Origin: Aplysia californica | Taxonomy: Eukaryota | NCBI RefSeq assembly: GCF_000002075.1 | Contig: NW_004797365.1 | Span: forward strand, 834,900-898,899 | Reading direction: 5' to 3' | Length of the DNA stretch: 64,000 nt | Part shown: positions 12,142 through 25,116 of the stretch, piece by piece | Position numbering within the stretch: the stretch's first letter is position 1 | How the letters are laid out: the number at the start of each line of letters is the position of its first letter | The notes under the pieces: generated by a model | What the model saw: only the letters and a program-made list of their open reading frames with translations | What the model was told of the DNA's origin: nothing | The model's database searches: none | Translations under genes and position numbers: made by a program

Positions 12142-12581
12142 GTGGCATCCTGGTGAAATCAGGCGCTCGTCAAAATAATGAAATCGAAGAAACCAACATT
12201 TGTCTGCCCACTGGGGAATTTTTATTGATTTTTTTGTTTTGGACTCAACACCTTTTACATCCACTTAATAACACATTTCTGTTTTGATTTTACTGAAAAA
12301 CGTTGATAAATGGGACAAAAATATAAATCTGCAGTTTCCAAGGACACTAGTTTAAATAGTCATAAAACTTTAACAGCCATTTTTTCATAAATTTTACCTC
12401 CAATACCAGGTGACCCCCACCTCCTTTAATTGCAAATATCTTGACTTCTATTCAAATTTGTTTTTTCGTAAAAAGCAAGGCCAATAAATAAACTTTAAGA
12501 TTATACAGCTAACTTTGCATGCACAAAAATCGACAAACACCTGATTCGACCAAGTCCCTGATTCGACCAAGTCATGTCACA
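12142..12581 (+). mobile_element. ~440 bp non-autonomous TIR element, copy 1 (unclassified)
   Basis: GGTGAAATCAGGCGCTCGTCAA at the left end, with a diverged inverted counterpart of TTGACGAGCGCCTGATTCCACC at the right end. Confidence 0.8.
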
Positions 12582-12609
12582 TATTAATAATTATAACCAC
12601 AGCAATATA

Positions 12610-13057
12610 AGTGAGGCAGCATGGTGAAATGAGGAGCTCGTCAAAATACAGAAATCGGAGAAACAGGCATTTTTCACCAAGTTTGGAACTTTATATCGAA
12701 TTTGTTTATTTTTTGGCTCAACCTCTTTATGTCCATATAAAATCTATATAAAAACACACTTCCATGTGAATTTTACAGAAAAACATTGATTAAAGACACA
12801 AAATATGTCATTTTTCTGTTTCCAAGGACTCTTTACTTATTGGAGTTACCAAGCTTTGGCAGCCATTTTCTCTCTAATTTCACCACTGAAACCAGGGGTC
12901 CTCACTTTCTTCAATCGCAAATATCTTGAGGTTTGTTCAAGATAAATGGATATTTATTTCACTGGAAGCAAGGCAAATAAATCAGCCTTCAATTGGTACC
13001 AATAACTCCACATGCCCAAAAATTGACGAGCGCCTGATTCCACCGCGTCTTGACACA
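12610..13057 (+). mobile_element. ~440 bp TIR element, copy 2, tandem to copy 1
   Basis: Colinear similarity to copy 1; ends TTGACGAGCGCCTGATTCCACCGCGTCTTGACACAT. Confidence 0.8.
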
Positions 13058-15645
13058 TATATGTATATATAAATTCTTTAAAAGAACCAATCCATAGAAT
13101 CAAAATCATCAAACAGTCAGTTTTATTTCAAAAAAACATTTTGGATAAATACTTTTACAGGTTCCTATATCGTTAAAGATAAATGCAGCACTTTGTAGGT
13201 GAATATATTATTATTGCAATAGAGTATCAAGAACTATAATTCATTATTTACATACAACTGAATTTTAAGAGAAAACACATTTCATCAGAGTATTAAAAAG
13301 TACAATTCATTGACAGATTACAGCTGAATTCAGCAGCCATGCACTTCACTTGAAAAGAGTGTATTCAAAGAAAAACATCATAATAATACTTGAATAAGCA
13401 ACATTCATTGGATCTTGCAGCCAGTAAAAATGAGGACAAGGTAAGTCATCCTGAATAAGTCGGTAGCCTACATTTTGCAGGAAAAAGTAGAATTTTGAGA
13501 AGTTTACAATTCCCACCAATTTACTCACACTACAATCACATCTCTGTTGGAAAATTTATAATATGCCATATAAGCACTGGTCAAAAACCTAAACTTCTAT
13601 GTGAAACTCAAAACCCATACTATCACCTTCCTAAGGCAGATTTTGACTGGTTGCAAGTCAATTTTATATGATATCAGTGATGTTAAAGTGATAGAATACA
13701 CATATATATGAGCACATACCACATACACACAAAAATATTCATCAAANNNNNNNNNNNNNNNNNNNNNNNNNNNNNNNNNNNNNNNNNNNNNNNNNNNNNN
13801 NNNNNNNNNNNNNNNNNNNNNNNNNNNNNNNNNNNNNNNNNNNNNNNNNNNNNNNNNNNNNNNNNNNNNNNNNNNNNNNNNNNTGCGTATGAGTGTTTTT
13901 GTGTGGCTAGTGGATGTGTGTGTGTGTGCGGGTGTGTGAGAGAGTGTGTGTGTGTGAGTGAGTGTGTGTGTGCATGTGTATGTATGTGTGTTTGTCCGTA
14001 TGTGTGTGAAACAGAGAGTGAGAGAATGAGAGCGAGAGTGAGAGAGAGAGAGAGAGAGTAAATATATATATACATAATATATATGAGTGATATGTTTGTG
14101 CCTGGGTGTGTCCTAGTAATTTATGTACAATTGAATCCCAAATTCAAAATTGAGCTATTTTTTCTGTACTTTGTACAAGGCAAAGAATAGCACTTCTACA
14201 TGATAATGATCAATCAAAAATGAGACAGCCAGATACAGAAACAAGAGAGTTCGAGCAACGATGTAGGCACTTATACTCTCCAGCCACTCATACCCAGCAA
14301 TGAAACATAATAATATACTATCAGAAGGTTACTTGAAGTCACAGATGCTGTCAAAAAGAGATAAGTTGGACAAGGACTTCAATAAACTTTGTTCTTTGCA
14401 ATTAAAAGTAAATTTCTTCTCGTTTTCTTTCAGAAACTCCAAAGAACAAAAAAATGAATACTACAAATAAGAGAATACAGTCTTCACTGGTAACACTAAC
14501 ATCATTGCAGCAGAAAAAGGTTGGTGGGATAAAATAAAAGACAATCTTAGCATGATATATCTCTTAAGACAAAAAATATATTAAAGCGATATGATATGTT
14601 GCAGCCATTGTATTTAGGAAGAGTCAGTCTGGTGGACTCGTTTGTGAAAAATGAATTTTTAAAGCTAGGATAACTCATATAAATGGTACATCTATTCCAG
14701 AAAGACCCATGTCTCTCAAAATTATGTTAAGCTAACAGTTTGATTAAAAGTACTTTCATAAAATGAAACAAACAGTATGTTTTCTTAATGTTGTTTACCA
14801 GTACAAATTAAATCAGTGTAAAACATATCAGTACAAAAACTTCTTTTTTTTTTTTACAATATAGGACTTGCTTACACTGTAATAGCATTCTGTTTCTTAT
14901 AACTTTCCTATTGCGTAACATCAATTACATTCCTGCCTTAAATAATAGGAAAAAGCTCCAACACCGCTGATAAAGTACCAACTCTCTTTATTTTACCTAA
15001 GTGATATTCTGGGTTTGACAAAAAGTCACATGGACTTTATCCGGAGACCCGTATCTTGGTACAACAGTTTAAGAGACACAATTCTGAGCTTCCTTTTCCT
15101 CTCAATATTCTCTATTCTCATATTCTCATAGCTTGAAAATCATGGACTGCGTCTGCTGATGAATGGAAAAGAGGACAGAGGTTATATACAACAATGAGAT
15201 CTTTTCAAAAGTTTCGTATTCAAATGAAATAATCATATCACCACTGAAAAAGCCATCAAGCCCTACAAAGACCTATTTACCACACTGATAAGATATATGG
15301 TTACGTCTGCTGAATAGGAGAACTCACCAAGACAATCTAAAAAAGAACACAGGAACAGGCAGGCATTAACTTAAAACATTCCCCTGTGAACAACACCAGT
15401 GCCTGTTGCTTTTACATAAAAGGTGCCACTGCATCCATTTGGTTGGCTGCATAATTTAAGTTTATTCGCAGCATCTGTCACACATAATGTCATCATGGGT
15501 CGATAAGTGTATAAACTCACTAGAAGGAGGACTAGGTCAATGCAAAAGTTTTGTCATTGATTGACAAACATAAAACAGGTCAAGAGAACCATCCTGTGAA
15601 CCCCAGAGAAAGAGACTGTCTAGCTATCCATTGCTGTCCCTCTCT

Positions 15646-15848
15646 ACACCAGGGTATAAGGGTACAGGACAAGTGAAGACAGCACCAGGGTACAGGACAA
15701 GTGAAGATTGCACCAGGGCACAGGACAAGGGAAAACTGCACCAGGGTACAGGACAAGGGAAGACAGCACCAGGGTACAGGACAGGTGAAGACTGCACCAG
15801 GGTACAGGGCAGGTGAAGACTGTACCAGGGTACAGGACAGGTGAAGAG
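15646..15848. repeat. 28-bp minisatellite, about 7 copies (CACCAGGGTACAGGACAAGTGAAGACTG)
   Basis: Directly visible tandem units. Confidence 0.9.
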
Positions 15849-15972
15849 ACAAGAGCATCCGGTAGTTACACGGCGGGATATGTACTAATAATTGCTAAAA
15901 CAGTGAGGATGATAAAAAGTTAACAGATGAGATAAACAATCTTGCCAAACTGTCTCTTCCTTTACACAAGTA

Positions 15973-16151
15973 CAGTCGACCCTGCCCAACACGACTCCCC
16001 CATTGTGTCTAAGAAAAATGGTAATCTTATACAGGATGTCCTCTTCAACAGTGTCAGTATAATATAGAAAAGGTGTATAAAGGGGGAAGCAAGGGTGGTC
16101 GTTTGTACAGGTGATTGTCTTGGACAGGGGGTTGTTAAATTAAGTTCAACT
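15973..16151. mobile_element. Degenerate Tigger-like MITE
   Basis: TA-CAGTCGACCC at the left end and GTTCAACTG-TA at the right end; imperfect TIRs. Confidence 0.45.
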
Positions 16152-17217
16152 GTATTTTTGCAAATCTACATATCCGTACATTTGTATGAAGGCTTAACAG
16201 TTACAGAATAGAGCTTAAAAATGAGCCTCACAAGTATGGTACGAACACCACTATTTTTTCAGCAGGCTTACTTTACTCAGTAGTTTGCACTGAATTAAAA
16301 GCTTCACATTCTTGAACATTACCAGCTCTTTGAAAAAAATGTTCCATCACATTTTTTGAGCATTTCAATTTTCAGTTTACAGCAGAAGTATTTTTGTATT
16401 TGACAGGTCCAATATAAATTCTACGACCAAACAAGCAAGGAAAATCAAATATATTGTTGATAAGGAAATATGAACAAGATCAAGTGCAACCATCAATGCA
16501 TAAATTCAGCATACCAAATCATTGATCATTGATTTCTATTAATTTTGAGTTACGAGACCATATCCAAAATGGTTCCGCTGGCATCTCATACAAATGGTTA
16601 GGTTCTTCCCCTTGCACACAATGATTGGGAGTTCAGTCATCATGTGGAGAAGATATTCTATCAAGTATCTCTGTCTCTCTGACGAGATGTACCCCAAATT
16701 GCCGTGTTCACCAGCTGACCTCCTAGAAGATCTAATCCATACTGACACAGTTGTGAGACATTTATGACAGGTAAAACTGGATATATAAGTACAGAATTCT
16801 TTTCATTTAATCAAACAGCTTTAAGAAGCCCTGGATATTTTTGACATATTGGAATATTTTCATCACCATATGCCAGTAAACAAGGCATCCAAGACATGTA
16901 TTAAATATTGAGAAGAAAATAATAAACAAAATACCAATCCCAGCAGCATATGACTAGATAACAACACCCATTTACCTAATCAAAACTGGTTACTGAAATG
17001 GCAGCATTTCGGCATTCACATGTCTTAACTGGAAAAAAGAATGAGGATGTATGATCTGCAAGACTGACCACATACCTCACTTATACCAGACAGAAAATTA
17101 ATTGTTCATTCTGATGTTAAATTGGATGAAAAGCATTATCAATTTTCTTTTTTTAATGAACAACATGTGTTTATTTTACTAAGCTAAAGCACATTTAATA
17201 TGATTAAAACAATTTGT

Positions 17218-17630
17218 TAGGCATCGTGGTAAAATCAGGCGCTTGTCAAAATAATGAAATAAAAAATATTGACATTTTTCCACCAGTTTGGCGATTTTCA
17301 TTGAAATTTTGTTTTTGGGCTAAACACCTCTTATGTCCATTTAAAATACATTTCTGTGTGGATTTGACTAAAACACATTGATTAAAAGGCAAAAAAAATG
17401 TTAATGTTTTGTTTCCAAGGACTCTCAAGCTATGAAAGTAGCCGCTAATTATATCTCTGAAAACAGGCCACCCCCATCTCTTTGAATCTCAAAATATCTG
17501 GAATTTTATTCATGATAGATGGGTCGTTTTTTCATTGAAAGATCGACAAACCAACAAACTCTAAGATGATGCCTATAACACAACATACCCAAAAACTGAC
17601 GAGCGCCTGATTCCACAGCCTGATGACACA
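17218..17630 (+). mobile_element. ~440 bp TIR element, copy 3
   Basis: Same termini and body as 12142-12581. Confidence 0.8.
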
Positions 17631-19158
17631 TTTCATAGAGGCAAACCAAATTTATGGGAATGAACAGAGTAATTATTTGTGGAGGCCCAAATACTATCAC
17701 ACAATTGCAACAGTTAGAATACAGTGCTTCAGGCCAATTCAGAGACCTGTTCTCAACAAAATATTCACAGACTACTCAGACCTCTTATGTCTGTAAATGT
17801 AGCAAACACGGATTGTAAGTCACAATCAGAAGTGATCCACAAGCAAAATGACTGAAACATACATTCACAATAACACCTTTACTTACCTTAAGACTTCAAA
17901 AACAGTATTTCAAGAGGACTGTTTTTAACAAATGTAAACGCTGAATCCCATTCAGTAGATATTTTGAATACAACAGAGCGTAGTTAGAATTCTTTCAGTC
18001 AGTGTAACGAGAGGACTGTATTCCGATACTATAATAAGCACTGACTTTATCAATTCTCATGGGCCACAGAAAGTGGTGAAAAAAAAACGATGACGACTTT
18101 TATTTTCATGCCCTACTGCAAAGTATAGAAGAACAATAAAGCGAATAGAAAAATTCGGAAAGCACAGTAAAATACTCTAATGTACAAAGCTTCTTCAAAG
18201 ACATAGGCACATAGGTACTGATTAAGATTAAGAGCAAGGCAAGACAAGGTATTCCAACATACAATCAGCGACTACATAAAACACCCAAACCGTATAAAGA
18301 TTCAGAATCTAATTCACCAATAAAGACAAAAACAAAAAAATCATGACAAATTCCAGAACATCAAGGTACTATCCTGAAGAAGTAGTTTAAATTTTGCATA
18401 ACATTCCCTTTGTGATCACAGATAATAACTCATTTTAACCCTCATTTGTCATAAATCTATTTCATTTGAATTCTAATTATCTCCAAGTCAGATCAGTCTG
18501 AAAATAATCAAAGTAACTCATTTGTCTACAAAGACAAATATTTATAAATTTCCTGAAACCAAATTACAGTTTATATATACAAAACTTTTCACAGTTCAAA
18601 CTATGACATAAATTACGTATACACATTTCTTATTCAAATGTAGTAAAACAAATTTTTTTCATAAGACTAAAATGTCTCATGTACATAAAGAGAGCAAGGA
18701 ACACATTCTCAGAAAAATTATGCTGTTACAGTTATAATATTATTAACAATATTTAAAGGTAACATAAATAAGGATGAAGTTTCTATTGATGACTATACAC
18801 TGGATATAAGTTTTACAAGACGATTAAAGTATACGCCAGTGATGACTTCAGGGATTATTTGAAGGTGAAGTAATGACTAGCTGCTTGAAGGAAAATTGAG
18901 GTGACGACCACGAAAGCTACCCAGTCATTCAACAAAGGCTGCATTTCTGATCTATAACTGACTAACCAAGTCCATCAGGTTAAAAAATAGTCAATTGAAT
19001 AATAGCCTAACGATTCATTCAAATCATGCCATTTTTATGCGTGAGAAAAAAAGAGAAAAACGATTTCTTTGGTTTAGGAAAAGTTAATAAGACAAAGAGA
19101 AAATTTAAAAGACATAACGTATTTAACTACACTTTATCATAATTTCACACCCAAAGAT

Positions 19159-19817
19159 CTATTTCATTGAATGTTTAATTGTCTCCATAGTTACTAATGT
19201 TTCCAAAGAATTAATCAAGTTCTGCAACCCAAATAAAAAATTTTCATCAATTTTTTTTGCAGGAAAGACATGAGCAAAATCTATCAAGCACACATCAGCA
19301 ACTCTTTGAGAATTACTCATCCCCGGGTTCAAGCTGTCTGACTGCTCTTGTAAACAACTGTTGTGGGGTCCATGGGACCCATTGCCTTTCACATCTGAAG
19401 TTGAAAGCTTTAATTTCTTTGAGCGAGGTTCACTTTCTGCATCTGTGTGGTCAATAAAACGTTTTATTGAGCTTTTCTCCTCATTGGTGACTGAAGAATG
19501 AGCTTCTGTTTCTTCAGCTGTCCTGTTAATACTCAAGTCACTGTCCAGATTTTTTCCGTTTCCACATTTGCTCTTTTTCTCATTCTTTCCAGTGTCTTCA
19601 AGAACTGGAGAACAGTCCTGTTCTGAAGATGAGGCCCTGTCAACTTTAACTTGGTCAAGTCTGAGGCCTTCATAAACAATGAGCAATGAGCTGGCGATGA
19701 ATGAAAACTTTTTCTGCTTCAAGAACCATGACTCGAGTCGTTTCAGTTTGCTAAGCACAGGCCTGATTGCATCTCGTCTCAGATTGCCATTCTGAAGTCC
19801 AAAAAATCGTCCCAGTC
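19159..19817 (-). CDS. IPMK: Inositol polyphosphate multikinase, exon 5 (terminal)
   Basis: TTTTCAG acceptor; encodes ASSLLIVYEG and LIDFAHVFP..DENFLFGL (IPK family SSLL and IDF motifs); stop at 19159-19161; phase matches exon 4. Confidence 0.95.
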
Positions 19818-22210
19818 CTGAAAATAGATTTCAAACTAAATGACAGTCTGAAGAATAAATATTTTCGGTAACTTGTGAAAGAGTGAAAGTATGCATAATA
19901 TGAGTATGTCCACAAACAAAATACAGTAGGGCATGGATAACTCCAATATCACATCCATTATTCAGATAAACAGATAAAATGGAAAAATTAGAGAGATATT
20001 GAAGAAAATCAAGGAAAATAACAGTAACGGTAAAATGGTCTAGAAATAAATAACTGTGTAACGGATTTACTGCAGCAGATCCCCTACACACAGTTGTTTG
20101 AGTAATGCTGCGTCACTTATTGAACCTATCCAACAATCTTGTATTGCATGTGAAGTCAAAGAAAGTTTTTTTGGGAGGTCATTTTGTCTGCTTTTGTCAT
20201 CGGAATGTGATCAGAGACAGGAAAATACATGGCAAGTACTAACTGGAATCACTGAAACAAATTTGGCAAAGTGTGCTAACTTCCTGTTGGGTTGACACCC
20301 AAAGCTGGCATTTTAGATTTTCTTAGAAACTTGGAAAGCATAGATTTGGGAAAGCCAAATGTCTTATAAACTTCCATCTTATTGCAGTTCTTCTAGTCAA
20401 CATCTGCTAAAATATTATGCTTATTATTTTTAACATCCGACAATTTAAAAGTATTCTGTCCTCTGCCATCATGAAAAGTTCCTGGTTAAAATAAAAGGAG
20501 AGAAGTGGAAGGATGGATGGTGTTTATGCCTTGTTCACTATTGAAGCAAGAAAAGGAAGAGCCAGAGAGTGTGGTTGATGAACTTTATCATCTTTATGAC
20601 TAAATTAAATTTGCTCTTACATCAGATCATGATTGTTATGATATAGCCAAACTGATCATAGCCTGCTACTCACCCCTCTTGTGCAATCTGTGTAATCACT
20701 TCCCCATCCATATCTTCACATTCAAATAAGCACACATACACACATATGTACACAAACAAAACATAATTTCATCATGCTAATTCGATAATTGCCTAGTTCA
20801 TTTTTCACGTTTTGAGAAATACAACAAAAACTGCTAAACTTACAAGACAGACACAATGCACATATTTTTCTTTTTTTTTTAAATATTATTTATGGTTTCA
20901 TTAAATTTAGAGTTTATAACAACTTTTGACACAAATCTGAGGAAGTAATCAAGTTATCTAGATGTGGCCATTGCTCAGTTTGCTCCAAAAATGACTTCAG
21001 CTGTTATTGAATGAGCATAATGATTTACGACGAGAAGCTCCGAGGGAACCAGGCAGAAGATGATGATGACCAAACTGTCTGTTTTCAATCACACACCACC
21101 ACCAAGCATCCACCCTCACATGACTAGATCCAAGGAAACTCTTGCACCTTATGCAAATTACAGGTAATGAGCAATGATGTGTTTTGATACCAGCAATGTG
21201 TGTCTGTTGTGCGGGGGCAAGCATGGGAGTCTTAGTTTCTAATGTGTATGAAAGTGATTTCAATTCCAGACAGTTGAGAGGAAAAATTTGATCAGGATTT
21301 TCAAGCAAAGCTGTTCTACACATCTGTTTCGGTGTTTAAGAAAACAGTGTTGCCAATACAAAGAAAATATAGCAGCTCAGTCACAGAATGGCATATCGTA
21401 AGAGGTATCCGAGATTTCAAGTTTTGAGTGTCACTGTTATCTGCACCCAGATGTATATTTCAAAGATTTAAAGATTATTACCATAATGTGCATGCTATAG
21501 ACTTTTGACATTGCTACTGTTAGACTATAGACGCCCCGCAGTTTGTTTCACTTCTCCACATACTTCTTTGGTAAGCAAAAAGCAACCATGAAGTGGTAAC
21601 AGTGAGGAAAAAAATAAGGCACTGTTAACTTTCAAAAGAAAATAAGAATTTGCTTATCTTTCAGGAAATGAGACAATACAAGAAATCACAGAAAATAAAG
21701 AAGCTATTCAGACATGACGGTTTCCACCAGTAAAAGGTTGTTCATTGCACAAATACAATATAGGCAAACATCACTTGTAGGAGTGAAATCTATCACATTA
21801 CCAAAGGAAACAAAGAGGCAGAATTTGAGCTATAGAAAATATCAATGGTAATAGTTGCAAACCATAGGTAGATAAAAGGTCAAATTTAGTTCACATTGTG
21901 CATTTCACCAAGCAAAAATTACAAAATAAGACATTGGCACAAAATTCATATTTATCAAATTTTCTGGCATACTTGATACTCCCAGTTTTCCCTCAAAAAA
22001 TTATTTTTAACTTACATCGTTTGTCACATTTATATCTGAGTATAATTGAAGGCAAATACACAAAAACTTCAAGCAATGCTCCCAGGACATAAATTTAAGG
22101 AAATAATATTTACTAAACATCTCAGAACATATTATTGTCTGCTCATGTGGCCTCTTTTTTCCTATTATTTATTGCTAAGAGCCATTTATTTCAAAACAAC
22201 AAATTCTTAC

Positions 22211-22295
22211 CCTCTGTGACCATATTACTCTCCGTCAACGTCAGACAGTAGTCATTCTCATACTGTTGGTTGCTTTGAGTCTTCGGGTCAAAGAC
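22211..22295 (-). CDS. IPMK: IPMK exon 4
   Basis: GACAG acceptor and GTAAGA donor; 85 nt encoding VFDPKTQSNQQYENDYCLTLTESNMVTE; bridges phase 0 to phase 1. Confidence 0.85.
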
Positions 22296-23548
22296 CTGTC
22301 AGAGCAAAAACCAAGGTAGCATCTTTCTATCAATAATCAGTACCAAGATAATGAGACAATTGGACAGACCTAACCAACAGCAAAAAGTAAGAGGCCAACC
22401 CAATCCCACCAGAATATTATCGAGACTCACAAAAAGAAAACCATTCTACAAGTAACTAATTTTTAAAAAATTGGACTTCAAACATCAAAAGATCGCTGTA
22501 CATTTTAGGGGCACATCATCTATGATGAATCAATGCAGGTAAGTCAAACCATCTCAAATTTATAAAGCTACTGCAAAAGCAAAATCCTACCTTCACCCTG
22601 TCAAAATGCTAAAGGTTATTCTGACGAGGACAATAAACGTCAGTCCTACGAAAATGACAAAATAGATAAAACCACCTTAGCAGCAAACAAAAAGAAAAAG
22701 TTTAACTTCCAATTTTTACTATGGCACTTTAAAAAAATTAATATCTCCATTTTGAATTATTCACTCCTTCTGCAAAGAGTGAACAGACATGTCTGTGCTT
22801 TTTCATCTCTTGGATTAAATATTGTTGCTATATAAATTATTCAACCAAAACAATGTTATATTTTCATTTGCAAACTTGACTATCTAGTTAATTCAGAGCA
22901 AAAATAATACTTAACCATTTAGCACCTAGAGCGGCTCTGCACGGAGTCTATCCATTCGCACCTAGAGTGGCAATGCGCAGCGTTTCAATTGTCAAACACA
23001 TGACACTGTCATGATATATGCATTTCTATGAGGTCTAGGAAGAATGTCAAATTTGAACTGACTGAAAACAAGGTTATAAAGCAAAAGTATAGTTGTTCTT
23101 CTTTCTTTGAGTTTTTGAATGGTTGAAACTGACCCACAAATAGTGCGTGTGTGAATTTTAAAGTAAATATGATGAAATGGAGGGTGTGATGGTGTTGAAA
23201 CTTTGGAAAATCCAAGGAAACTTTGATAATACATAAAAATTCAGCTCGATAAGTGATTTCGACCAAACAAAGATTAATACAAAGTTCACTTTCCGGTCCT
23301 CGTCAATATAATATTTTTAAGTCCCTAAAGAAATTGGTTATTTTAAAATTTGATGAAATAGATAGGTAACGAAAGAAAACCCAACAGTCACAACACAACT
23401 ATAACAGGAGAGACAAAGAACTCGCTCATACAGTATAGCAGCAGAAACTATCTTGTTGAAAGCAGAGTTTTTTTCCTAACATAGTTGCATTGTTTACTGA
23501 TCATTTCGTAAAGATTTTTTTTCAATAAATTTTTTGAAAACATATATT

Positions 23549-23995
23549 ATGCATCGTGGTGAAATCAGACACCTGACAAAATAATTAAATTAAAGAAATT
23601 TGCATTTTTAAGGCTGTTGCGCATTTCTTTTTTTTTTTTGTTGCATATTCTTGTTTTGACTCAACACCTATCACCTCCATTTAAAAACACATTTAAGTGA
23701 GTATTTTAATGAAAAAGGTTGATCAAAGGCACAAAAAAGAAGGGTAAATTTGCAGTTTCTAAGGACTCTCAAACTATGGAAGTCCCTAAACTTTGGTGTC
23801 CATTTTCTCACTAAGTTTATCTCTGAAACTTAGAGACTCCTACTTCCTTTAATCCCAAATATCTCTACTTCTATTCAAGATAGATGGATGATATTATCAT
23901 TGATAGCAAGACAAATGAACAAGCTTTAAGATGGTACCAAATACTCCACAGGCCTAAAAATTGACGAGCGCCTGATTCCACCACGTCATGACACA
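23549..23995 (+). mobile_element. ~440 bp TIR element, copy 4
   Basis: Same termini as the other copies. Confidence 0.8.
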
Positions 23996-24106
23996 ATGTG
24001 CAATAGTTTTAGAGGATTATCTCCCTTTTCCAGGCTTTCAGGGCATGTATCAGGACAAATTTCCACAAGCTAAATGGTCAAGATTGTGTATTCAAGAATA
24101 ACTTAC

Positions 24107-24279
24107 CCTCATACCACTAAAACGAAATCCCAACTGCTTCATGGGAGGATATTTGGCAGCCTCATGACTTCTTTTCTCCGCAGTGGCTTCTTGATCATAG
24201 GTCACCTTCCCAATCTTTATATCAGTAACACAAGGTCGGTGGAACTGACTTGTAAGATTCTTCAGTTTCAAAAATGTAG
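24107..24279 (-). CDS. IPMK: IPMK exon 3
   Basis: Contains PCVTDIKIG (IPK signature PxxxDxKxG) and LGFRFSGMR; AG and GTAAGT boundaries; 173 nt. Confidence 0.95.
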
Positions 24280-24799
24280 CTGACAGATAAAAAGAAACCG
24301 GAGAGTATGCACAAGGCAACTACGTCAAAAATATTATAACAGGAATGAAAGAAACAAAAGATATTCTGCAAAGAAATTCAATATCATGTCTGACCCTTCC
24401 ACTGTACAAAACAGGTAAGTATGTACATATCATTAGTAAGCAATTATCTTTCATTTGCTCAGGAAAATAAAGTGTTTCACAAAAATCATATTGTTCGTTT
24501 CGAAAATAGAGAGCCAGGAGTTTCTGCATACCTAAAATAACAATATTATGAAGATGAAAGTGATTTATAAAGTAAAATCATAGTGTTCATTTTGAAAGAG
24601 TAAACATTATTTTATAGCACTAAAATCAGTTTTCAAATGTAAAGCAGTGCTAACACCACATTTCAGCCCAGCTTGTGTTCATAGTGATAAGATTTTTACG
24701 TTTTTGACAATATTTGCTAACAAGGAATTTTCTCAATTAAAAGTTGCCACTAACTTAGAATATGAAATAAGATGATGAGGAAGAAAATGAGATACTAAC

Positions 24800-24973
24800 T
24801 TCCATTTTTTTTTTCTGCCCCATAAAAAGGAGCAAGGAACGGTTTCAGCTCAATCAGGTCTGGATCGCTGCAGGCGTCGTCAAAAACTTTCTGATAAAAA
24901 CCGAGCTCCCGAGTTCCCCTGGGAGGCTTTTGGAGAGACTTGAGAATGTAGCCATTTCCAAGGTCAATCATTG
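24800..24973 (-). CDS. IPMK: IPMK exon 2
   Basis: GYILKSLQKPPRGTRELGFY matches the IPMK LKxLQxPPRGxRExxFY motif; CAG acceptor and GTTAGT donor; 174 nt. Confidence 0.93.
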
Positions 24974-25116
24974 CTGGTGAATGCAAAAAATAACGAAACT
25001 TTAGGATGATCAAGCCTTTTTAGTGTTTGTATTCTACACAACAACAAAAGATATCACAATGTCGAGTAACCCAATATTTTGTCAGCTCAGAGAAGGTCTA
25101 CTATACTATATAAATA

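Noticed and set aside
15580-15858. Cys-rich or repetitive peptide ORFs
   Set aside because: The 28-bp unit is not a multiple of 3; this is a non-coding minisatellite.
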